The translations under genes were made by a program, and so were the position numbers. The notes beneath the pieces are model-generated. The model saw only the letters and a program-made list of their open reading frames with translations, did no database searches and had not been told where the DNA came from. From Vicugna vicugna (Eukaryota), in assembly GCA_013265495.1 (NCBI GenBank), contig MU058463.1, positions 1,883,523-1,947,522 on the forward strand: 64,000 nt of DNA. Direction: 5' to 3'. Position 1 is the stretch's first letter. Each line of letters opens with the position of its first letter. Shown here piece after piece: positions 39,218 to 49,140 of the stretch.

Positions 39218-39273
39218 TCCTTCTTTCCTTCTTTCTTTCTTTCTTTCTCAATAAATATCATGTTTAAGAAGAC
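38814..39273. repeat. 231-bp tandem duplication, each unit containing a (TTTC)n microsatellite
   Basis: 38814-39042 and 39045-39273 are near-identical at an offset of 231. Confidence 0.95.
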
Positions 39274-39869
39274 ATTTTAAATGGTCACATCTCATAATGG
39301 ATTTAAAAATAGTTGGTGTCTTTGGTAAAAGGATCCCAAAAGTTTAAACTTCTCTTTGGGTTAAAATTGAAATAAGGTTTTAGACTCTATAATTTTATTC
39401 TCTGCTAAGTTTTAAGTAATATATTACTTTAGCAAACTCTTACATTGATGTGAAACCGCAGAAGGATTAAGAAGCAACTTAGACAGGCAGTGTCCCAGAG
39501 CTCCAGTCTGAAAGGTCAATAAAACTTACTGGAATAAATCAGAAATACGGTGTAAGTTAATTCAGGTTTCCTTATTCAACTTCTTAAATAACCAGAGAAA
39601 TAAAAGCACATTGACAGGAAACAGATTTTTTTTTTTAAATCTTCACTGATATGCCCTCTATAAAGAGCCATAATCTCAGAAGTTAGCTTGCCCATAGTTT
39701 TACAAATTTAGCCATCTCAGCAGAATTTCTGAAAGCTAATAATGTAAGCCTAGTCCATTTAACTAAAAAGAAGTTATGTATTACCTAAATTTTAAGGAGT
39801 TACAATGCCTCCCAAGAAGCTGTATGATATGTATGCATGTAACAAAAATATATGATAAATTCCTGAGTT

Positions 39870-40340
39870 TGCTTCATTTATTTATAAGATTTATGAATTA
39901 TTAGATAAGATTAATACACATAACGTGAGATGGAAATACACTCCATGGTGCACAGTGAGAAGCCTCCTTTCTTCCCTGTCCCCCAGCCACCAGCTCATCC
40001 CTCAGAGACAGCCAGTTTTCAGTTCCTCGTATAATAAGCCTCAGGAGATATTTCATGCATTTATAAACTTATTTACAGAAATATTTTTTATGGCAACATG
40101 TTATATATGTCGTTCTATACTTCGTAATTTTTTCAATTAAAACATCTTGGAGAATGTTCCATATCATAAATATACAATTTTATATTTTTAAATGGCTCAC
40201 ATGGTATTCTACTGTGCAGTTGATCCATAATTATTATATAAACCCCTACTGATGGACATTTAGTCATCTACATACTTTGACTATTACATTATAATTAATG
40301 CTCCAATTAACCTTTATTAAGTATTATATCTCATAAATTC
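39870..40340 (-). mobile_element. Old L1ME-like 3' fragment
   Basis: 'catcttggagaatgttccatatc...atggtattctactgtg...ccctactgatggacatttag'. Confidence 0.75.
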
Positions 40341-40899
40341 CATAATATCTTATTGTATGTAATTTTTGTTAATTGGAAACCAGTTTCTCATTAGACTCCA
40401 ATAAATATCAAACTAATATTTATAGATTATCAGTTTGAAGGGAGATGTGAGAAGTTAACCCACTGAGGGCCTCTGCATGCCCCAACCTAAAATCTTTGGG
40501 ATTTTAGTAGTCTTTCTAAGGTGGCTCACATGGACCTGAAACACAAACCAAGATACTAGGTTGGAAAAAACAGGGACTGCTCAAAAGATTTCTGAATTTA
40601 TTTATATGAAGAATTTTAAACACTAGGGAAATTAGGTCCCATTTATCTATACATTTGAAACATGACCAACTTCTTGAAATTGGAACTCTACTGGATATCC
40701 CATGGTTCATGGTATGAGATTCCCATAGACACGAAGTGGGTAAGGTCCATGGCAGCATTTGGAGCGCTGAGGTCTGAGAAAGTGTGCCCCACTCCATTCA
40801 GGTAGAGTTAAAATGACAGAGATCCAGTGTCAGACACCAGTGACCTCTGGTTACTATAGGTCAATAGACTTCTGTCAATAGTAAGGTAAAGAAATTTCC

Positions 40900-41100
40900 T
40901 GCCAGAGAAGATGAGATATTATTTGAGAAAAAAAATCAAAACACTCATCTCATTAACTCTGAGTTCTCAAAGGGCTAGCAGGGGATTAGACAAATGAAAA
41001 TCTGAGAAGATGTCTCATGACTAGAACAGTAATTTGCAAGGAAAAAATGTGGCAATCAAATAGAACATTTCTGGAAGTAATATTCATTGGGACGTGTGGA
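40900..41100 (+). mobile_element. Possible CR1/L3 ORF2 remnant
   Basis: 'gttctcaaagggctagca' reads VLKGLA (cf. RVLKELA), followed by 'gagaagatgtctcatgactag' (cf. GEVPEDW); weak. Confidence 0.35.
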
Positions 41101-41379
41101 TCCAAGCCGTGATGTAAGAGACCTCAGAGAACACTAAACTGGAGGTCACAGGTGACTAGCAATGTTCAATCATTATTATTTAAAGGGATTTTGCTTTCTG
41201 AATGATCTATGTAATAACCTATTTTTTTTAAGGAGCTCCAATTTCATATACTTTTATTCCTTTTTTTCAAGTGAGTTGCCTAAGGATATTATTAAATATG
41301 ATATACACATTAAGTTGTTAGGTTTTATAAAAAATCCATGTTAGAAATCATTTAAAAAATCTGCCTTTCTCCAAGTGAA

Positions 41380-42262
41380 AAATAGGCAAATGATCTGAAC
41401 AAGTATTTCTTTCAGTTATACATACAAATGGTCAAGAAGCGTAAGAAAACACTCTTGACATCATTAATTGTCAGGGAAATGCAAATCAAACTACGAGATA
41501 CCACTTCACAACCAGTAAGATGGTTGGAACCAAACAGTCCCATAATAACCAGAGTTGGAAAGGATGTGGAGAAATAGGGACCCCCATATACTGCTGATGA
41601 GAAGGAAAATGATACAGCCACCTTGGAAAATCGTCTGGCAGTTTTTCAAGTGATTAAACACAGAGCTACAATAAGACCCAGCAATTTTACTCCGAGGTAT
41701 GTACCTAAGAAAAATAAAAACGTATGTCTACACAAAAGCCCATGCATGAATGTTTATAAGCGGCACCATCCGTAATAGCCAAAATGCGGAAACAACCTAA
41801 AAATGGATGTGTACGAACTGTGATATAGCCACATAGTGGGGTATTAGCTGGCCATAAACAGGAATAAAATATTAAGACATGCTGAAACATGGATGAACCT
41901 TGAAAACATCTTGCTCAGTGAAAGAAGCCAGGCACAAAAGGGCACATATTATACGATTCCACCCATATAAAAGTCCAGGAGAGAGAAAACTATAGAGACA
42001 GAAAGATAGAAAGGAGATGAGTGATTGTTTAAGGATGGGGAGGAGGGGGTTGGAGGTACAAAATCAGTTGCTAAGGGTACAGGGCTTCCTTTTGAGGAAA
42101 GCACTTTATGATAAAAGTGTTTTAAAAATTGACTATGGTGAAGCTGATGGCATCTAAAACTAAAAATATACTGATTTGAATGTATTAAAAACCATGATAT
42201 TATATGCTTTAAATGTGTGCCTTGCATAGTATGGAAATTATATCTCAATAAAGCCATTTTTA
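41380..42262 (+). mobile_element. L1MB-like 3' portion
   Basis: 'agggaaatgcaaatcaaactacgagataccac', 'gacccagcaattttactcc'; terminus 'ttatatctcaataaagcc'. Confidence 0.88.
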
Positions 42263-43124
42263 AAGGGTCACCCCCCTCTCCCCCAATCAGGGGGGGGAAA
42301 AAGAAAAGAGCAGAGCTTAACCGTTGTTACACAATACTTATTCTACTCTGGCTTGTTTAGATAATCTCTGGTTTCTGGAAGAATTAGCAGTTTTGTAATA
42401 AGACAAGGACAGTTTTACAAAGAAGGAAATAATCACAGTGGTCTTTTAACCTTCCATATAATTAAGCACCATTGAACATCCAGCAGCCTACTGTCAGAAG
42501 GAGCTTCTGCCAGCATATCTAGCATTTACGGAGAATGAATTACTCTGATTTCTGAATTGTCAGAATGAGGAGAAAGCACAGCTGCTTTCAATAGAAAGAA
42601 AATTAGATTGAAAAGAAAAGTGGCAAAGAAATACTCCTATTGTTTGTGAAAGTCTCTTCCTCTCTAGGGTCGCTTGGTCCACAGGCTCAGGAAATGACAC
42701 CCTTAACCTGATATGTCTGTATGCCAATTTACAGCTGCTTCTGCCCTGTACGTACAGAAAAATCAGTGAGATACTCTTCTCATCGAAAATTATTAGCAAA
42801 ATGGAATGTTTATGGTGCACTCAATCTGCAGTACAATGTAAGATGAGTATTTTTAGGAAATAGAAGCCTTAGTTTCTTGCCACTAAAACAGTATGTCCAA
42901 AGCTTTTTTTCTTCCTTCAGTGCAGTATTTTTCTAAGCCTCCAAATCTGCATATATTTCAGGCAGTGAGCTAAATGCTGTATATAGATTCTCATTTAATT
43001 TAATGCCAACACTATGAAGCAAGCGTGTTAGTACGGATCCTTAAAAAGCATGACAAAGATGATAAAATAGTATATGAAGTACCCATAGACTCAAGGCTGG
43101 GAAGAACCTTATACATCTGGTTTA

Positions 43125-43600
43125 TTCATTTATGTACCTATTCATTCAATAGTTAGATACTATGTCTCAGGGACTAGTTGAGCAGTGGTGAGTGAAATAA
43201 AGTGCCCTCTGATAGCTTGGTGAGATGATGGATAATAAACAACTAATGGAACAAATATTTACAAAGTATGATGTGCAATAAAAGAAGAAAAGTATCTTAA
43301 AATAGAGAATAGCATGGGACTGTATTGAAATGGAGCGATTAAAGAAGTCTTCACTGAGGAAGCGGCCGTGATGGAGGGCAGTAAGGTATGAATGAGAAGG
43401 AGCCAAAAATCCAGGGAGGGGACGAGCTTCCTTGCAGAGGGAGGATCACATGCTCGAACCTCATTCAGGAAAGGGAGGTGTGGGATGAAGAGCCCTGTGA
43501 TGAGTATGTAGTGAATGGAGGGGTTGGATGTGAAACCAAGCTACAGACATCAGCAGGGACTAGACCACATAGGGCCATGATGGTCAATTTCAGGAAATGA
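43125..43600 (-). mobile_element. L2 3' region
   Basis: 'ttattcatttatgtacctattcattcaatag', 'agcttccttgcagagggaggatcacatgc', 'agaccacatagggccatg'. Confidence 0.7.
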
Positions 43601-44148
43601 CTTCATTCCTTGTGCCATAAAAAGCTTAGCCTAAGAAAGTGCCTAGAGGTGGCCTTGACCTGCCAATAATCCAAATCTTGGGTTAACTGAGCACCACACT
43701 TCCATTAATCTACAGAAATTATGAGGTTAAATTAAATAGCATTCTTTAAAAAGCATACAGTTATCATAGCATTCATAGATTTAAGATAGCTGAAGAATAC
43801 AATACATTTAAACTTCTAGGAAAAACGTATTTAATATCTCTATCAAATTCATAAAACTTTAAGTGCTGAAGCTAAAACTTGAATCTGATGTTCTAAATCA
43901 TGCTCTTTTTTTATGACATCACACAAAAAAGACATCTATTCCTTGAACCCAATCACAGTTCTCCAGCGCTTCATTTAGCATGAGGTTCACCAGAGCATCT
44001 CATGCCTGAATGGACTCACTGAGCTCTTACAGGACTCCTGTCACTCAGTAAAACATCTCTGTGGTCTGACAGCGTTATCTGCATTCTACTCATTTTGACT
44101 ACAACATCAGTCTGCTTCATCTGCTTTTCGATGTTCTTAGGGTTATGG

Positions 44149-45079
44149 TGAGTCATATCTCCCGACAAGTTCTCCATTCCTATTTGATCCTCACAAAAGC
44201 ATGAAAATTTGGCCAAGTAAGTATTTTGTCTCCAAGTTACAGATGAGGTGCAAGGCACCCTAACAGAGCTTCAGATTTCTCACTTATAAAATGGGGGCAA
44301 TAATGCTCACCCACCAACCTCTCACACTTACTGAAAGGAGCAAGTAAAATAATGGATGTGAAAGTGCCTGAAAAAACACTAGAACCCACCATAAAAGGTA
44401 AGTTGTTATTATATTATCATAAAAGAGGACACTGTATACATTACAATACAGACGTGCAAGAAAATGTAGGTAGTACCCATATCGGATCCGCATCTTGTTC
44501 TGACGCCCCACGGCAATGGACGTGGGTGTGGAAGAAGACCTAAACCTGCCAATCTCTTCCAGTTTATAACAATTCCCTTTGATGTTAATTTGGTCCATTT
44601 TTATCAAAGAGTCAAAGTAAAGCTGAAACTCCTCATTGTGACAATGTCCCCTGAGTCACAGATGTCCAAGCTCCGTTCCCGGATGACACGTGAGCACATG
44701 GAGGCACTTACACATCTTGAGGGCATTGTGGCAGGGACCCAGGTGTTAGCCCAGCCCCAGGCTTCTCTTCTGGTTCCCTTTGGCTCTGGCTTTTACCCAT
44801 CTCCATATTGGTCTCTAACATCTCTGCACCTGCTCAGGAAGGTCTATAGCTGATGTAAAGCTAGTTTCTTGTCTCAGTCCAGCCATGGTCCCCCCACATC
44901 ACACTCTGCACCTCAGCCTGTCTTCACTTCCCTCTGCCCTTCAGACCTTCCGAACTTCAGCCTTGGACTCACTGATTTCCTGGTAAGGTTGTCCTCTCTT
45001 CAGCCTCTGCTGGATGGGCCTCTCTTCCCTCACTGCTGCAGCCCCCTAGGGGGCCTGCTGGCTTGCAGCCTCTGAGTCA
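44149..45079. promoter_or_regulatory. Three perfect AP-1 motifs (TGAGTCA at 44149, 44652, 45073)
   Basis: Motifs read directly; function inferred. Confidence 0.4.
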
Positions 45080-45499
45080 CTGGGGACATGTGAGAAATTC
45101 TAGATCTCTCCAGTGCTACCAACAGGTGCTGGGGAACAAAAGGTTCTCTCTCTCTCTCTTTCATGCAATGCCACCATTGATACACTTGTAGCTATGCCTT
45201 GTATGCAGAGAACAACTTGCCATCTGTCTCCAACCAGAGTCCCAAATTAGAAGTGGACACAGCTCATTCTAGTTTTGGTTTCACAACAAATCTATTCTTT
45301 TTATTCTACTTCCATTCCTCACCTTGAGTTTGAAAAAAAAATTGGACAAGAACGAAGGATCCTTGCTGCTTGTCTCTTTCTTCCTCTCCCTCAACTCCTT
45401 CCCTCTTCCAGGAACTGTCATGCATTTCTTTACAACGTATTTTTTTCTTCTTTCCATGTGGTGAATAATAAAGTAGCAAATCTGTAGGTCATATGCCCC

Positions 45500-45750
45500 T
45501 TTCAACCTTTTACATGACTGCCCATTTAATAAGACCCTCACAAGCCAGAGACTCTGGTACACATTTCTGCATCAATAGCGTGTAGCCTTAGAATTGACAC
45601 TCACTGAAAGTGTGTTGAGTGAGTTAGTGATTGAATTCTTTTAATTTATTGGTAAAGAAGCTGAGGTGAGTTATCTTGCCTGAATTAAACATTGAGTTGG
45701 AGGCTTCGCTGGGACCAGGTCAAGAACTCCTTTCAACATGACATACTGCT
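45500..45750. mobile_element. L2 3' end (+) followed by a MIR fragment (-)
   Basis: 'taagaccctcacaagccagagactctgg...gtgttgagtgagttagtga', then 'aagaagctgaggtgagttatcttgcctga'. Confidence 0.55.
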
Positions 45751-47189
45751 TTTTACCTAGTCTTCCTTAATGGCAATACAGACCCTAGAATCTAAGACCT
45801 ACATCTGAGGAAGGGAGGCTGGAAGGAATAATACCACAAAAGTTCTCCCCCACCAAAGAAGAACTGAGCTTCAAAAAAAAAAAAAAATCCAAAGGCAAGT
45901 ATCTGAAAGTAAAATACTGTGATTTTTTCTTTTTGTCAGTACAACATAAAATCAGCTCAAATCTGTACCCCTAAAGTCTCTGAATTGGGATCTAATAGAA
46001 TGCCATATTTCTGCCATGATTAGCTATTTGTGCTTGGGGAACGAGTTATAGCAGAAATTCTTATAGTCCTTTTCCCTTATAAAATTAGGAGTATCTCCTC
46101 CTAATCATAATATACAAAAGTTTAAGAGAAATTAAATTCCCCTGAAAGTGGAATCCTCCCGTTTTGCTGATGGTAAAATTTATTACTTGTGGAAAACAGT
46201 AACTGGACCCCTCTCCCTCCAAGAGACCAACCATGTTCCGAAATCATTTTGGAGAGATGGCTAACTACTACGCACAGAGTAGTAACAAAGTTTGAAATTG
46301 CAGCATGTGCTCAAACACGGTGGCTTGATAAGTACACACCAAAGAAATGTGGGCAGCTTAAGGTTTATGAGTTTGAAAAGTTATTTTCTTAACAAACAAC
46401 AGTAGCACTATTCTCAGGGAGCATACCACAGAGGGAGGTAGGATTTCAGATCTATTTGTTGATGTTTCCAAAGGGGATTTAAGCAATCCGCTTTTGTACA
46501 GTATGTACCCCTGCAGACGAAGCATCAGCCAGGATATTAGTGGGGCACATTTATACCAAAGATTACGGCCTTCTGGTGGACAAGCCGCAGGAAGTCCATT
46601 TGCCCTCCTTTCCTTAGCTTCCGCTTCCTTAGTTCAGCATCTTGTCTGCACCCCCTACCTGGTTAATTTCTCCTTTTGGGGGCTCCGAGATGAGGCGATC
46701 TTGCTGCTGAGGGTTTGGGGGCTCTAATCTCTTAAAACAGTCACACACACACACGGGCATTAAGTGGCAAAGTACTCATGCACAGTGACATCATTCTGAA
46801 GTACTAAAATTTGTCACCAGAATTGCTTTCCTACGTGGATAATGTAATATGATTATAGATAGTGACATAGTGTGTGTGTGTGTGTGTCCCGTTAGGGAGG
46901 AAAAAACACTTGTAAAATTCTTAGAAACTGAAAATGCATCAGTGAATAGGCCTTTATGTTGGATATTTATGAGGAATTTGGTTTGTTTTCTGATTCTGTT
47001 TCAACTTTTAAGGAGCACCGTTCATGTGATTAATTAGCAAGAATTTATTGACTTGAAAAATCTCGACAGCCAAACATATATGATTTTTTTAAATGTATTT
47101 TTTCAGGTGAAACTATAAACTGGAGGCCTAATTAAGACCTGCTGTTTCCTGAAATTTTGTGTGCACAGCCCTGGGAAGGAACGCTGCGT

Positions 47190-47360
47190 GGAACTTTCCT
47201 TGAAGGGGTACGTATAACCTTAGGAGAAAGTCCCAGGATTCTATTCACTTCTTTCAGACGTAATCCTTACTTAAGAGGCCCAGTGAATTTATGTCCATGC
47301 TAAACCTGAAAGCCCACTATGGAGCTGGCTTGGGGAAAACTTAAACCAGCTCAGACGTCA
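47190..47360. promoter_or_regulatory. Candidate NF-kB / STAT-GAS / CRE motif cluster
   Basis: GGAACTTTCC 47190-47199; TTCCTTGAA 47196-47204; GGGACTTTCT (minus) 47225-47234; AGACGTCA 47353-47360. Confidence 0.35.
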
Positions 47361-48711
47361 TGAGCTGAGGACTTCGGTTATTCCTAGCCAGTATATCCAA
47401 ATTTACACTTAAACACTGTGATGCGTCGTGCAATTTTAGTCTTTTGATATTTTCTTACATGTTCCCTTCTCATTACTTTGCTAAGAATGAAAGTCTCTAA
47501 CAAGGGAGAGCAAATTAGCCTGCAAGAACTATAATAATAAGACAAGAATATTCAGTGTAAAAAAATAGTAAGGCAAGAGTATTCAGAGTAACAAAAATTT
47601 TTTGACTTTTGACTGAGAATGCAAAAGGCCTGAACTGACTCATTTCTGACCAGTACTCACTTTACCTGCTTCCATTAGAAAAATCCACCTTCCTTCCCTC
47701 ATGTTGCCTTTTTATTAAACAGTTCTGATGTAGACTTTCAACTGCCAGAATAAAATAAACCTACGTATTTCTAAAAACTGTCAAAGTTTTCTTAGTTTAG
47801 CAACATATTTATATAGCTTATCCCCAAATGTCACTAGCTGGTGGTGATGAACTTCTGAAGTCAGAATTGTTTCAAATTAATAAGCAAAATTTTTTTCCTC
47901 ACTTCAAGGACGCTTTCTTCTAATGCCTCAGGTAGAAAATATGAACTACTCATAACTTGAGAACAGAAACCAATCTCATGGTTGTCATTCAGCTAGACAT
48001 TGTGAACTGATGATTTGGCAAACTTATTAAACTGTGAAGAGTGGTGGGGGGAGAGAGTCACAGAATTGAAAATTAAAAAAAAATATATTTCTGAAAAACC
48101 ACATTGTGAGAAGAAAATTGTCCAGTTTGCAAATCTCAACCAAGAAGCAAGTAATTTTCTTTCGATAATGCACTAAATATCAGGTCATGAGGGGTAAGTG
48201 GACAATTTACTACCCCGGTGCATAATTTTGTAGCCTGTAAGCTCGACAGAACCAGAACACTTCCTCGCAGATAACACCCAACACAAAAGCCCCTTTTTCC
48301 CCCTTCATGGCTGGAGCCTCACTATATGCCGCCCCCACTGGGGAGGGGACAGCAGCTCTTCCTGCCCTTCCTTCAAATGCGCTGTGTCCAGTGCGCTTGT
48401 CCAGTAGCTCTTGCCTCAGAAAAGGTCTCGGTCGTTTCCTATGAGACACTCTCCAGTGGCCTCAACGACCCGGAGAGCGGAGCCTCTGTGCCTGCATCTT
48501 CACACAAACCACTGGCTTCCCTGGCCCCACCTTGCTGCATGCCTGTCTCACCCCAGACCCAGCCAGGCCCCTGCCCGGGAGCTCGAAGCCCCAGGCCACA
48601 CAAGGGTAGAGCGGCCATGTCAGAGCTTCTCCTGGCACCAAGGAAAATTATTTGCCCCGAGAGGCAAACAGCCCTGGCAGTGTCCAGAGTATCAATCCCT
48701 CTCTTCTGTGC

Positions 48712-48747
48712 TATAAAAGGCCCTATTGTAGAAACACAAATCACTCG
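48712..48747 (+). promoter_or_regulatory. Candidate TATA box + initiator core promoter
   Basis: TATAAAAG at 48712; TCACTC with its A at 48743, placing the TATA at -31. Confidence 0.35.
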
Positions 48748-48989
48748 GAGATGGCATGTACAATGTCTAATCACTTAATAGCTACTGGGCACCCACTGGG
48801 TCCAGGGCCCAAACTAGACACTGTCTGTAACCTATTCACTGGAGGAGAGCAGGGGAGAATATGACACAGATTTATATTCAGCTGTTCTAGCCCCTCACAC
48901 CATGGCAGACACACATCCTTTGAGCCAGGAGACCATTACAACCATAGACATGAGGCTATTTTGACCTGTGAGTAGCAAGGTAAACGACA

Positions 48990-49140
48990 GAACACAAGCC
49001 TGGCATTCACCCTGACCTAGTTTTGAATCCTGCCTCTATAATTAATCAACTCTGTGACCTCGGGGAGTTTACCCAGTCCCTCTGGGATTCTCTCTCCCTA
49101 TCTGCAGTGTGAAAATAATAACATCTCCATCATAAGTGCT
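48990..49140 (+). mobile_element. MIR SINE
   Basis: 'gacctagttttgaatcctgcctct...tctgtgacctcggggagtttac...tatctgcagtgtgaaaataata'. Confidence 0.75.

Noticed and set aside
47107..47207. Possible 101-nt + strand exon, and an isolated strong donor AAG|gtgagt at 50722
   Set aside because: No coherent reading frame or exon chain; indistinguishable from pseudo-exons without RNA data
48326..48778. 150-aa ORF
   Set aside because: GC-rich stretch with overlapping ORFs in several frames, Pro/Ser/Ala-rich, no recognisable domain
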